Below are positions 50,261-60,750 of a DNA stretch of 64,000 nucleotides, one piece after another; position 1 is the first letter of the stretch, and every line of letters starts with the position of its first letter. The notes under the pieces were generated by a model. That model did no database searches. It saw only the letters and a program-made list of their open reading frames with translations, and had not been told where the DNA came from. The position numbers were made by a program, and so were the translations under genes. Origin of the DNA: Neptunitalea lumnitzerae (GTDB taxonomy: Bacteria; Bacteroidota; Bacteroidia; Flavobacteriales; Flavobacteriaceae). The DNA is taken from assembly GCF_027924185.1 (NCBI RefSeq), contig NZ_BRVO01000003.1, positions 271,968 to 335,967 on the forward strand, in the 5' to 3' direction.

Positions 50261-51493
50261 TTATTTAGTAGTATTTAGTTTTTTGTAGCGCAACAAGGCT
50301 TCCACCAAGTAATAATCGCCATAAGTTAATGGTGTATCTATCTCTGTATAATTAGGCATATTCCCCACTCCATGTTTTAAGATAAACCCTCCATTTTCAC
50401 CCAAAGTAGCAAAATATTCAGGAGACAATAGTGTTTCTAACATAGTTGTAGCACTTGCTAAATATTCATCTTTTTGAGCTCCTTCTGTATAGGTACTTAG
50501 TTCTAATAATGCCGAAGCCATAACGGCAGCTGCAGAAGAATCTCTTAAAGCATTTGGTATGTTTGGAGCATTAAAATCCCAATACGGAACTTTATCTGCT
50601 GGCATGTTTGGATGCTGTAAAATAAAATCTGCTATATGGGTAGCCATTTTTAAATAGGCTTCGTCTTTAGTAGCTCTATACATTACCGTATAGCCGTACA
50701 AACCCCAAGCTTGACCTCTAGCCCAAGCAGATGCATCTGCCGCTCCTTGGTTGGTCAAATGTGCTTTAGCCTTTCCTGTATGTTCATCATAAATCACCTC
50801 ATGGTATGAGCTATAATCCGGTCTAAAATGATTGTTCATAGTGGTATTCGCATGATTCATCGCTATGTTGTAATAAGTACTATCCTTACTATGCTCAGTA
50901 GCCCAAAACAATAATTCTAGATTCATCATATTATCTATAATGACTACTAGATCATCTTCCCCGGCTTTGTTCCAAGGAGCACTATCCCAAGAGCGGATAG
51001 CCTTCACCGTATCGTTATATCTACTAGCTAATGACTTTGCACTGTTCATTAAAACAGTTTCGTAGCTTTCATTTGGTTGAATGCGTTCTGCATTCCCGTA
51101 GCTACAAAACATCATAAAACCTAAATCGTGCGTAGTGGTATTAAATTGCTCTCTTTGTAAATCCGTTAAAAATGCTTTTGTTTCTGCACCTAATTTTTCC
51201 GATTGGTTTTCTTCCATTAAGTACAGCATGGTACCGGGATAGAACCCGCTACACCACCAACCAGAATCACTTATTTCAAGCGTATCTTTATCCTTATGAT
51301 ACGTTTTTGGATATTGACCTGGTTTTACCTGCTCCGCTAAAAACTCATACTGTTTGGTTGCTTGCAACAAGGCAGTATCTATTTTTTGTAACAACATATC
51401 TGTATCGGTTGCTTTGGCAGTCTTATCCGTTGTTTTTTTATCACACGACATAAAAACTGCAACCATACATATACCTAGAAAGAGTTTTTTCAT
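50261..51493 (-). CDS. unsaturated glucuronyl hydrolase-like (GH88/GH105 superfamily) lipoprotein
   Basis: Lipoprotein signal (FMSC). (alpha/alpha)6-type sequence with ..WCSGFYPGTMLYL.. and ..ARGQAWGLYGY.. motifs. Confidence 0.6.
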   Translation of the reverse strand: MKKLFLGICMVAVFMSCDKKTTDKTAKATDTDMLLQKIDTALLQATKQYEFLAEQVKPGQYPKTYHKDKDTLEISDSGWWCSGFYPGTMLYLMEENQSEKLGAETKAFLTDLQREQFNTTTHDLGFMMFCSYGNAERIQPNESYETVLMNSAKSLASRYNDTVKAIRSWDSAPWNKAGEDDLVVIIDNMMNLELLFWATEHSKDSTYYNIAMNHANTTMNNHFRPDYSSYHEVIYDEHTGKAKAHLTNQGAADASAWARGQAWGLYGYTVMYRATKDEAYLKMATHIADFILQHPNMPADKVPYWDFNAPNIPNALRDSSAAAVMASALLELSTYTEGAQKDEYLASATTMLETLLSPEYFATLGENGGFILKHGVGNMPNYTEIDTPLTYGDYYLVEALLRYKKLNTTK

Positions 51494-51515
51494 TCGATGG
51501 TTATTTTTATTTCAT

Positions 51516-52817
51516 TTATAATTTTACTTCAATCACTTCAACAGGTTGCGGAGCTATTTCTGTTAATCCTTCTCCATCTACCTGAATTACTTTTTGAGAA
51601 AACACATGTAATTCACGCTTCGTTTTCCATAATTCTTCATCATAATTAGGTTCCCATTGCCCAACACCGTTTTTACTAATTTCAACAATCTCCCAGTTGG
51701 TTGTATCCTGTGGTGTATGTGCAAGCTGAATTTTGTTTCCTTTTTCTTCATCTCTAAAAAGAAGGTATATATTGGTATCATCAACACCTATTTTTGGCCT
51801 GGCAATAGGTATACTTTTCGTACCACCTCCTCCCAGATAGAAAGGCTCTTTATGAAAATCAGTATCTAGCAGCTTCCAATCACTATTTCTTCTATATACA
51901 ATTTTGTATTGTGGTACTCCATCAGTTTCCCAATAAGTAGCTATGTAAGGATTCCCTTGAGTATCTACCGTCATGGAAGTTTGATTAATAAGACTACTAT
52001 TTTGAGGTATTTGCCATGCAATTTCAGCAGTCGATTTGGTTATAGGTAAATGATAGCTTTCTCCTTTAGAATTCTGCCAATGTTTACCGCCATCATAAGA
52101 AACCGCATAACACATATCATGGTTGGTGCTTACATCCCAGGTTTCTCTCCATACCCATGAAAGGTGAATCGCCCCATCTTCTCCAATAGCCATTTGCCAG
52201 TAAGCACTACGCTGTTCTTCTCCATTTAACAAATTATCTTGTAATTGTTTCCATACTTCATCAACTACATCGTATTCGTTAATTACCATATTACCTCTAC
52301 CAGATTCCCCTGAACGGTAACAAAACAATAATTTACCATTTGGTAAATTATGAAACTCTGGGTAAGTAACACTCATTTCTTGTAGTCCTGTCATAGATAA
52401 CTCTTCTGTTAGTTGCAGTCCTAAAGGGGTTACACTTTTAGCATACCTAAGTTTGGTGTTGTGGTGATCCCAACTAACATGCAAATATCCGCTAGCATCT
52501 ACCGCTATACTAATGGTATTATGGGCATCTTTTACATTTCCACTATATTTAGTGGTGTATACTTCCCATTCTTTACTTTGTAATTTTCGCTTTGCTAATA
52601 CAAGTTTCCCCTCAGGGTTATAATAGGCAGTAAACTGATACTTCTTATAGGTAGTTAAAGCACTATTTCTAAACACCACTGTATTAACTGAGTTATTACT
52701 CCACCCCAAACCTATGGGTACCGTAGTGGTTTTATTGCTTCCGCAGCTAGTAAAAAGCAGTAAGCTTAAGGCCAAGCCCCCTAATATTTTGAGACTTATT
52801 AGTTTGGTTAAGTTCAT
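51516..52817 (-). CDS. BNR/sialidase-like beta-propeller lipoprotein, hypothetical
   Basis: Lipoprotein signal (LFTSC). Repeated S-x-D-x-G-x-x-W-like segments (SYDGGKHW, SWDHHNTKL). Confidence 0.45.
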   Translation of the reverse strand: MNLTKLISLKILGGLALSLLLFTSCGSNKTTTVPIGLGWSNNSVNTVVFRNSALTTYKKYQFTAYYNPEGKLVLAKRKLQSKEWEVYTTKYSGNVKDAHNTISIAVDASGYLHVSWDHHNTKLRYAKSVTPLGLQLTEELSMTGLQEMSVTYPEFHNLPNGKLLFCYRSGESGRGNMVINEYDVVDEVWKQLQDNLLNGEEQRSAYWQMAIGEDGAIHLSWVWRETWDVSTNHDMCYAVSYDGGKHWQNSKGESYHLPITKSTAEIAWQIPQNSSLINQTSMTVDTQGNPYIATYWETDGVPQYKIVYRRNSDWKLLDTDFHKEPFYLGGGGTKSIPIARPKIGVDDTNIYLLFRDEEKGNKIQLAHTPQDTTNWEIVEISKNGVGQWEPNYDEELWKTKRELHVFSQKVIQVDGEGLTEIAPQPVEVIEVKL

Positions 52818-53191
52818 TATTCTTAAATTATATACAATCTTAAAATAAGAATCTACTATTTATTAAGATTCAAGCCTTGTAAAATTAGTGTAAATTTTAC
52901 ATTTTTAAAATTATTGATAAAATATCTTGTAAAAAAATAACATTTACACAATCAAGAAACATATATTTTGTTAATATTTCATTTTAACCTAATTACACCT
53001 TCTACAGCGCCAGCCCTTGTAAACACAAGGCACACAAGTTTTAAGCACCTAAAAACAAGCCGTTATTTACAATATTTATAAGCTTCAACATTATAAACCA
53101 ATCAATTTAATTATTAAATTTCAGACACAACTGTAAAAGAAGCACCTATAATTTATACTAATACACAGCTTCTTTCTAAAATTGCAACAAC

Positions 53192-54073
53192 ATGAATTAC
53201 AAAGAAAAGATGCTTCCGGCAGAAGCATTATCAGGCAAAAATATTATTGTTACCGGTGGTGGTAGCGGACTAGGAAAAGCTATGACAGCTTACTTTTTAG
53301 AACTTGGTGCCAATGTAATTATTACTTCCAGAAACCTTGATAAATTAACCGCTACAGCAGTAGCATTAACAGAAAACACCAATGCGCAGTGCATTCCCAT
53401 AGCGTGCGATGTTAGAAATTATGAGGAAGTAGAAGCTATGGTAGCGAAAACTATAGAAGTCGTAGGCTCGGTAGACATTTTAGTAAACAATGCCGCAGGT
53501 AACTTTATCTCTCCTACTGAACGACTTTCAGCAAACGCTTTTGATACTATTATAGACATTGTTTTAAAAGGCAGCAAAAACTGTACTTTGGCAGCTGGTA
53601 AACAATGGATTAATAATAAAAAACCAGGTACCATACTCAATATAGTTACCACCTACGCTTGGACAGGTTCTGCCTATGTGGTACCCAGTGCCACCGCTAA
53701 AGCCGGAGTACTTGCCATGACGCGTAGTTTGGCAGTAGAATGGGCTAAGTATGGTATTCGTAGTAATGCTATTGCTCCTGGCCCCTTCCCTACCAAAGGT
53801 GCGTGGGACCGATTATTACCAGGTGATTTAAAAGATAAATTTGATTTAGCCAAAAAAGTACCCCTAAAACGTGTAGGAGAACACCAAGAGCTGGCCAACT
53901 TAGCTGCATATATGGTTTCCGATTTCTCAGCATATATTAATGGAGAAGTAATTACCATTGATGGTGGAGAATGGCTACAAGGTGCAGGTCAGTTTAATTT
54001 ATTAGAAGCCATCCCAGAAGAAATGTGGGATCAGTTAGAGCAAATGATACGTGCTAAAAAAAGCAATTCTTAA
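53192..54073 (+). CDS. SDR family oxidoreductase (2,4-dienoyl-CoA reductase-like)
   Basis: VTGGGSGLGKAM Rossmann motif, NNAAGNF, and a catalytic Ser/Tyr/Lys region. Confidence 0.85.
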   Translation: MNYKEKMLPAEALSGKNIIVTGGGSGLGKAMTAYFLELGANVIITSRNLDKLTATAVALTENTNAQCIPIACDVRNYEEVEAMVAKTIEVVGSVDILVNNAAGNFISPTERLSANAFDTIIDIVLKGSKNCTLAAGKQWINNKKPGTILNIVTTYAWTGSAYVVPSATAKAGVLAMTRSLAVEWAKYGIRSNAIAPGPFPTKGAWDRLLPGDLKDKFDLAKKVPLKRVGEHQELANLAAYMVSDFSAYINGEVITIDGGEWLQGAGQFNLLEAIPEEMWDQLEQMIRAKKSNS

Positions 54074-54177
54074 GGATATCTCAGTAATTGGTAAAATAAA
54101 TATATTCTTGTTAATAATTTTCATTTTTAAAAACACCAAATAATTGTATTTTTACCTTTTAAAACCTCTTAACCAAA

Positions 54178-54951
54178 ATGGGTAAAATAATTGCAATTGC
54201 CAATCAAAAAGGAGGAGTAGGTAAAACTACCACCTCAGTAAATTTAGCAGCCTCTTTAGGAGTACTAGAAAAAAAGGTATTACTAATTGACGCTGACCCA
54301 CAGGCTAATGCTACTTCAGGACTTGGAGTAGATGTTGAATCTATTGAACTAGGTACTTATCAACTTTTAGAGCATACGCACAATATTGAAGAACTTATTG
54401 TTCAAACAGATTCTCCAAACCTAGACCTGATTCCGGCGCATATTGATTTAGTAGCTATTGAGATTGAATTGGTAGACAAAGATCAAAGAGAATATATGCT
54501 AAAACAAAGTTTGGATGCTATTGCAGACAAGTACGACTATATTCTTATTGATTGTGCTCCATCTTTAGGGCTATTAACATTAAATGCGTTAACAGCATCT
54601 AATTCGGTAATTATTCCTATTCAATGTGAATACTTTGCCCTTGAAGGTTTAGGAAAACTTTTAAACACTATTAAAAGTGTTCAAAAAATTCACAATCCTG
54701 ATTTAGATATTGAAGGTTTATTACTAACCATGTACGATGCTCGTTTACGCTTATCTAACCAGGTTGTAGAAGAAGTTCAGAAGCATTTTAGTGAAATGGT
54801 TTTTGAAACCATTATTCAACGAAATGTACGTTTAAGCGAAGCTCCTAGTTTTGGTGAAACCATTATTAACTACGACGCTACCAGTAAAGGAGCTACAAAT
54901 TATTTAAATTTGGCTCACGAAATAATTAAGAAAAATAAAGAAAAGGTATAA
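54178..54951 (+). CDS. parA: chromosome partitioning ATPase ParA/Soj
   Basis: Deviant Walker A KGGVGKTT. 257 aa. Confidence 0.9.
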   Translation: MGKIIAIANQKGGVGKTTTSVNLAASLGVLEKKVLLIDADPQANATSGLGVDVESIELGTYQLLEHTHNIEELIVQTDSPNLDLIPAHIDLVAIEIELVDKDQREYMLKQSLDAIADKYDYILIDCAPSLGLLTLNALTASNSVIIPIQCEYFALEGLGKLLNTIKSVQKIHNPDLDIEGLLLTMYDARLRLSNQVVEEVQKHFSEMVFETIIQRNVRLSEAPSFGETIINYDATSKGATNYLNLAHEIIKKNKEKV

Positions 54952-55863
54952 ATGGCAAAAGCAGTAAAGAAGCAAGCTTTAGGTAGAGGATTATCGGCAT
55001 TATTAAAAGATCCTGAAAACGATATCAAATCGGCTTCAGATAAAAATGCAGATAAGGTGTTAGGCAATATTATTGAGCTTGATATTGAGTCAATTGAAAT
55101 AAACCCTTTTCAGCCGAGAACTAATTTCAACGAAGAAACCTTAACAGAATTATCTATCTCCATTAAAGAGTTAGGAGTAATTCAACCTATTACGGTTCGT
55201 AAAACTGATTTTAATAAGTTTCAATTAATCTCAGGGGAACGTCGTTTAAGAGCTTCTAAATTAGCCGGCTTAACTACCGTCCCTGCTTTTATACGTATTG
55301 CAAATGATCAGGAATCGTTGGCTATGGCACTGGTTGAAAACATTCAACGTCATGACCTTGACCCTATTGAAATTGCATTGTCTTACCAACGTCTTATTGA
55401 CGAAATTAACTTAACACAAGAACAATTAAGTGACCGTGTTGGTAAAAAACGTTCTACCATTACCAATTACTTACGTTTACTAAAACTAGACCCTATCATA
55501 CAAACTGGTATGAGAGATGGTTTTGTAAGCATGGGACACGGTAGAGCCCTTATAAACATTGAAAATAAAAAAGCACAGTTAAGCATTTACGAAAAAATTA
55601 TTGCAGAATCACTTTCTGTAAGAGCTACTGAAGCTTTAGTAAAAGACTACCAACTGGGTAAAAGCGGACAAAAACCTGCTTCTAAACCAGTTGCTGCACC
55701 GGTACCTGAGTTTGTAGAAAACAGTATTCCGAAATTTACTGAATACTTTTCTGCAAAAGTTGACGTTAAAGTGGATAAGAATGGAAAAGGTAAATTAATT
55801 ATTCCTTTTACCTCTAATGATGATTTTGAACGCATTAAAAAACTAATATCAGGTGAATTGTAA
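54952..55863 (+). CDS. parB: chromosome partitioning protein ParB/Spo0J
   Basis: ParB box (GERRLRASKLAG) and HTH. 303 aa. Immediately after parA. Confidence 0.9.
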   Translation: MAKAVKKQALGRGLSALLKDPENDIKSASDKNADKVLGNIIELDIESIEINPFQPRTNFNEETLTELSISIKELGVIQPITVRKTDFNKFQLISGERRLRASKLAGLTTVPAFIRIANDQESLAMALVENIQRHDLDPIEIALSYQRLIDEINLTQEQLSDRVGKKRSTITNYLRLLKLDPIIQTGMRDGFVSMGHGRALINIENKKAQLSIYEKIIAESLSVRATEALVKDYQLGKSGQKPASKPVAAPVPEFVENSIPKFTEYFSAKVDVKVDKNGKGKLIIPFTSNDDFERIKKLISGEL

Positions 55864-56455
55864 ATTTTTTATTTCACTGCTTTTTATTTTTATCACGTTT
55901 ACCACCTTTGCACAAAAGAAGAACGAAAAAGATCCAGACACATTACAAACTGGACCTTTCGTAGAAATTAAAAGTAAACGACCTTACGATCCGTTAGCTC
56001 CATCAAGAGCAGCTTTTTATTCAGCTGTTTTACCAGGGCTAGGACAAATATACAACCGTAGTTACTGGAAACTTCCTTTAGTATATGGGGGGTTAGGTGC
56101 CGCAGGATATTTTTATGTTACCAACAATAAAGAATATCACAACTACCGTGATGCTTTTAAAAGAAGACGTGCCGGATATACTGACGACCCTTACTACGAC
56201 TTAAACGGCGATGGTGAAGGACCCGATGTTACTAACAACGGCCTAGAAAACGGACAAGATTACTACCAAGGAAACCGAGATCTTTCCTTATTAATATTTA
56301 TTGGTGTATATGCACTTCAGATTATAGACGCCAACGTAGATGCACATTTAAAACAATTTAATATAAATAAAGACTTAACTTTGAACCCCTATATGGAGCA
56401 GTCTACCTTTTATGGCACTCCAGATGTGGGCTTATCGTTAACTTTACAATTCTAA
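55853..56455 (+). CDS. DUF5683-like protein downstream of parB
   Basis: Signal peptide. Conserved SAVLPGLGQIYNRSYWK motif (small secreted protein). Confidence 0.6.
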   Translation: MNCKFFISLLFIFITFTTFAQKKNEKDPDTLQTGPFVEIKSKRPYDPLAPSRAAFYSAVLPGLGQIYNRSYWKLPLVYGGLGAAGYFYVTNNKEYHNYRDAFKRRRAGYTDDPYYDLNGDGEGPDVTNNGLENGQDYYQGNRDLSLLIFIGVYALQIIDANVDAHLKQFNINKDLTLNPYMEQSTFYGTPDVGLSLTLQF

Positions 56456-56457
56456 CC

Positions 56458-57162
56458 ATGAATATAGCTTTACTGGGATACGGAAAAATGGGAAAAGCAA
56501 TTGAAAAAATTGCTGTAGATAGAGAACATGAAATCACTTTAAAAGTTGATAGTAAAACCACCTCTTTTGAGCTTGATAATGTAGATGTTGCTATAGACTT
56601 TAGTATTCCAACCACTGCCTTAGACAATATTACCCAATGTATAAACAACAACGTACCCGTTATTAGTGGTACTACAGGTTGGTTACAAGACTATGATAAA
56701 GTTGTTGCCCTGTGTAAAGAAAAAGATGGTGCCTTTATTTATGGTTCTAATTTTAGTATTGGAGTAAATATCTTTTTTGAATTAAATGCACATTTAGCTA
56801 AGCTAATGAATGGGCTTTCTAGCTACAATGTAAGCATGGAAGAAATTCATCATACCCAAAAGTTAGATGCGCCTAGTGGTACAGCAATCTCTTTGGCTGA
56901 AGGAATTATAAAAAACTACGACAGCAAAAACAATTGGACCTTAGAAAATCCTGCTGATACTGATATTGAGATTACAGCAAAACGAATTGAAGATGTGCCA
57001 GGCACACATATCATTAATTATACTTCTGAAATAGACACCATTACCATTAGTCATGAAGCTCACAACAGACAAGGTTTTGCCCTTGGCGCTGTATTAGCTT
57101 CAGAATGGATAGTTGGCAAAACAGGAGTTTTTACCATGAAAGATGTTTTAAACATCAAATAA
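56458..57162 (+). CDS. dapB: 4-hydroxy-tetrahydrodipicolinate reductase
   Basis: N-terminal GYGKMGKAI Rossmann motif. DapB C-terminal domain (..EEIHHTQKLDAPSGTA..). Confidence 0.88.
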   Translation: MNIALLGYGKMGKAIEKIAVDREHEITLKVDSKTTSFELDNVDVAIDFSIPTTALDNITQCINNNVPVISGTTGWLQDYDKVVALCKEKDGAFIYGSNFSIGVNIFFELNAHLAKLMNGLSSYNVSMEEIHHTQKLDAPSGTAISLAEGIIKNYDSKNNWTLENPADTDIEITAKRIEDVPGTHIINYTSEIDTITISHEAHNRQGFALGAVLASEWIVGKTGVFTMKDVLNIK

Positions 57163-57191
57163 TAAACACATTACCTTAAAAGAAAATAAAG

Positions 57192-58742
57192 ATGACACTA
57201 TATCAATGGTTTGTAACATTTTTAATTATTCAAGTAATCCATTTTTTAGGTACTTGGAAATTATATGTAAAGGCAGGTAGAAAATCTTGGGAAGCAGCTG
57301 TTCCTGTATACAATGCCATTATTTTAATGAAAATCATTAACAGACCATGGTGGTGGGTATTACTTTTATTCATTCCTATTATTAATATTATTATTCTACC
57401 GGTTATTTGGGTAGAAACTATTAGAAGCTTTGGTAAAAATACCCCAAAAGATACCGCATTAGTATTGGTAACCTTAGGCTTTTACATTTTTTATGTAAAC
57501 TACGCGTTAGATGTCACCCATATTGAGGATAGAAGCACTAAACCACGTACCGTTGCAGGAGAATGGACCAGCTCTATAATTTTTGCAGTTATAGCGGCTA
57601 CATTTGTACACACCTATTTTATGCAGCCTTTTGTGATACCTACTTCTTCGTTAGAAAAAACATTATTAGTAGGCGATTTTCTTTTTGTTAGTAAATTTCA
57701 TTACGGAGCAAGACTCCCTATGACTTCAGTTGCTGCACCAATGGTACATGATACCATTCCTGGGCTAAAAGTACGTTCGTATTTAAAAGAACCTCAATAC
57801 CCTTATTTTAGACTACCAGGTATTCAAGATGTTAAACGCAACGAGATAGTAGTATTCAACTGGCCAGTAGATACGGTTCGTTTTTTTAGAGATCCTTCGC
57901 AGATCCATGTAGACAAACCATTAGACAAGAAATCAAACTACGTTAAAAGATGTGTTGGTTTACCAGGTGATGAATTAGAAATTAAAGATGGCTACATCTA
58001 TATAAATGGTACAAGAACCAAATTAGGAGAACGTGCTAAACCACAATACTCGTATACTGTATACACAAAAGAAGGTGTACGCCTTTCCCCTGACCTTATG
58101 TACCAACGTTACAACGTAACAGACCCAATGGGACAAATTGGGGCTAGAGCTTATGTTTTTAAATCGCTTACAGAAGAGGTAGCCAACACATTAAGCCAAA
58201 ACAGCGGTATTGATAGTGTTGTAAGACAAATTGAACCTAAAGGCAAATACAATCCGTTTGTTTTTCCACACACGCCAACAATGCCTTGGAACGAAGATAA
58301 CTTCGGCCCCATTACATTACCTAAAGAAGGTGAAACTATTACCTTAACTACAGATAATTTACCTCTTTACGAGTATCTTATTAAAGAATATGAAGGGCAT
58401 GAACTAACTGTTAATGGTAACACTATTTCAATAGACAACAAAGAAACCAATACTTATACCTTTGGTCAAGATTATTACTGGATGATGGGTGACAACCGCC
58501 ATAACTCTGAAGATAGTAGATTCTGGGGCTTTGTTCCTTTTGATCATATTTTAGGTAAACCTGTATTTGTATGGTTCAGTTACGACAGCGCTGGTGGAAA
58601 AGTACGTTGGGATAGATTGTTTACTACCGTAGATGGTGGCGGAGATAGCCAACCAGTATCTTATTTAAAATACTTTTTAGCTTTAGTAGTGGCTTGGTTT
58701 GCATTTGACTTTTTTAGAAAAAAGAAAAAAAAGAAAGCATAA
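57192..58742 (+). CDS. lepB: signal peptidase I (long Bacteroidota form)
   Basis: Catalytic Ser region (..IPTSSLEKTLLVGDFLFVSK..) and Lys box (..YVKRCVGLPGDELEI..). Box E (GDNRHNSEDSRFWGFVP). Confidence 0.85.
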   Translation: MTLYQWFVTFLIIQVIHFLGTWKLYVKAGRKSWEAAVPVYNAIILMKIINRPWWWVLLLFIPIINIIILPVIWVETIRSFGKNTPKDTALVLVTLGFYIFYVNYALDVTHIEDRSTKPRTVAGEWTSSIIFAVIAATFVHTYFMQPFVIPTSSLEKTLLVGDFLFVSKFHYGARLPMTSVAAPMVHDTIPGLKVRSYLKEPQYPYFRLPGIQDVKRNEIVVFNWPVDTVRFFRDPSQIHVDKPLDKKSNYVKRCVGLPGDELEIKDGYIYINGTRTKLGERAKPQYSYTVYTKEGVRLSPDLMYQRYNVTDPMGQIGARAYVFKSLTEEVANTLSQNSGIDSVVRQIEPKGKYNPFVFPHTPTMPWNEDNFGPITLPKEGETITLTTDNLPLYEYLIKEYEGHELTVNGNTISIDNKETNTYTFGQDYYWMMGDNRHNSEDSRFWGFVPFDHILGKPVFVWFSYDSAGGKVRWDRLFTTVDGGGDSQPVSYLKYFLALVVAWFAFDFFRKKKKKKA

Positions 58743-58751
58743 ATTAAATAC

Positions 58752-59375
58752 ATGAAAGTTCTTTTACATCCTTCATATTTTCCATCTATATCTCAGTTCG
58801 TGCTGCTAGCAAAAGCTACGGAAACCGTATTTGAGAAAGGTGACAACTACCAAAAACAAACTTACCGTAACCGCATGTATATTTATGGTGCCAACGGTAA
58901 GCAATTGTTAAGTATTCCTATAAAACATTTAGGAAATAATGGTAGACAATTATATAAGGATGTAAAAATTGAGAACGATTTTCAATGGCAAAAACAGCAC
59001 TGGAAAAGCATTGAAAGTGCTTACAGAACCTCTCCTTTCTTTGAATTTTATGAAGATGAATTTGCGCATCTGTTTGAAAAAAAACAAGAGTTTTTGTTTG
59101 ACTTCAATTTAAAAACTACCGAAATTATTATGGACTGTCTTCAGCTTGAAGCTGACTTTCAATTTACGGAAGAATATTTTGCAACACCTAAAGACCAACA
59201 AGACTTTAGACCCTTGGTAAACGCTAAAAGTAAAATAGGACAAGATATTACACCTTACACTCAAGTATTTGAAGAAAAACATGGTTTTATACCTAACTTA
59301 AGCACGTTAGATTTACTATTTAACGAAGGTACCAACGCACTCACTTACCTTGAAGAACAAAACATAGCACTATAA
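58752..59375 (+). CDS. WbqC family protein
   Basis: 207 aa. Typical WbqC N-terminus MKVLLHPSYFPSISQF and its conserved position after lepB. Confidence 0.7.
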   Translation: MKVLLHPSYFPSISQFVLLAKATETVFEKGDNYQKQTYRNRMYIYGANGKQLLSIPIKHLGNNGRQLYKDVKIENDFQWQKQHWKSIESAYRTSPFFEFYEDEFAHLFEKKQEFLFDFNLKTTEIIMDCLQLEADFQFTEEYFATPKDQQDFRPLVNAKSKIGQDITPYTQVFEEKHGFIPNLSTLDLLFNEGTNALTYLEEQNIAL

Positions 59376-59377
59376 TA

Positions 59378-59686
59378 ATGCTTAGGAGCATTATACATTA
59401 CGGAATCCATTTTGTAGTGCCTATTTTAATAGCATACCTTTTTTACAAAAAAGACTTTAAAAAGGCTACTGTTATTTTACTAGGCGCTATCATAATTGAT
59501 TTAGACCACTTATTAGCAACCCCTGTATTTGACCCTAACAGATGTAGTATTGGCTTTCACCCGCTACACTCTTATATAGCCATAGCTTGCTACATTACTC
59601 TTTTTATCTATAAAAAAACACGCATTTTTGGCCTAGCGCTTTTACTGCATATGCTGGCAGATGCCACAGACTGTTTATTAATGTAG
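59378..59686 (+). CDS. small integral membrane protein, hypothetical
   Basis: 102 aa, three hydrophobic helices. Confidence 0.5.
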   Translation: MLRSIIHYGIHFVVPILIAYLFYKKDFKKATVILLGAIIIDLDHLLATPVFDPNRCSIGFHPLHSYIAIACYITLFIYKKTRIFGLALLLHMLADATDCLLM

Positions 59687-59694
59687 AAAAACCA

Positions 59695-60738
59695 TTAGTC
59701 TGCCACAGGAGCATCTAACCCAAAAGTTACTTTTACCGGATAATGATCTGAATAGTACTGATCATAGTTTTTATGAGCTTTTACTTCTAAACTCTTATCT
59801 GAAAGTACAAAATCTATACGTAAAGGAAAATATTTAAAACCATACGTATTCCCAAAACTACTCCCTTTTACCTCAAAACTATCCTGCAGATCATACTCCG
59901 TTTTAAGCTCATTATAAATGTAAGAATAGGCAGTATTATTAAAGTCGCCCGCAATCACCACTTTACCTTTATACTCTTTAAGCTGCGCTATTAAAGCATC
60001 TATTTGTTGTTGCTGAATTTTAAATGAGTTAGAAAGCGTATACGCCATTTTACTCTTATCTGCCTCCATCAATCCTCCTTCAATATCATTGGTGACTCTA
60101 TTCGTTTCTAAATGCACATTATAAAACCGCACTGTATCGGCATGAATTAAAATATCAGCATAAATAATATTATTCCTAGACTCCTTAAAATTAAACTCAC
60201 CTGTATCAACTATCTTATAGTTAGAAAAAATAGCTTGTCCGTTTTGCCCACTTCTAAATACTGCTGTTTTGTGCAGAAACATTTTATCATACACATTAAA
60301 CACAGGCTTATGAAATTCCTGAAACATAACTACATCTGGGTTTTCAGTTGCAACCAACTTAGCTATACTATCACTAATCCCCTCTTGCTTACTCCATTTG
60401 GTATAATTAAACCCCCTTACATTATAGGTCATCATTGTAAAATCATTTGCGGTTGCAGGTTCCTGTTTATGCCCAAATGCAAAAGTAGATTTCACATAAC
60501 CAAACCCTAACAACAATACAAATACAGACAGCAACATTTGCCTCTTAAACCTAAGTAACCAGTACACAAAAAATAAAAAATTCGCCAAGATGAGCACAGG
60601 TAACACCAAACTCAAAACAGAAACCACACCAAAGCTTTTAGGCGGCAAATACGGCAATAAATAAGATATCAATGTAGCAGCAGCTACCAAGCTATTTATA
60701 AAGAAAATAAACTTATCAAAGAGGGAGAGTTTTTTCAA
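59695..60738 (-). CDS. endonuclease/exonuclease/phosphatase (EEP) family membrane protein
   Basis: N-terminal TM helices. EEP motifs (..MTYNVRGF.., ..IAGDFNNTAYS.., ..SDHYPV..). Confidence 0.7.
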   Translation of the reverse strand: MKKLSLFDKFIFFINSLVAAATLISYLLPYLPPKSFGVVSVLSLVLPVLILANFLFFVYWLLRFKRQMLLSVFVLLLGFGYVKSTFAFGHKQEPATANDFTMMTYNVRGFNYTKWSKQEGISDSIAKLVATENPDVVMFQEFHKPVFNVYDKMFLHKTAVFRSGQNGQAIFSNYKIVDTGEFNFKESRNNIIYADILIHADTVRFYNVHLETNRVTNDIEGGLMEADKSKMAYTLSNSFKIQQQQIDALIAQLKEYKGKVVIAGDFNNTAYSYIYNELKTEYDLQDSFEVKGSSFGNTYGFKYFPLRIDFVLSDKSLEVKAHKNYDQYYSDHYPVKVTFGLDAPVAD

Positions 60739-60750
60739 GAGTATGTACTA

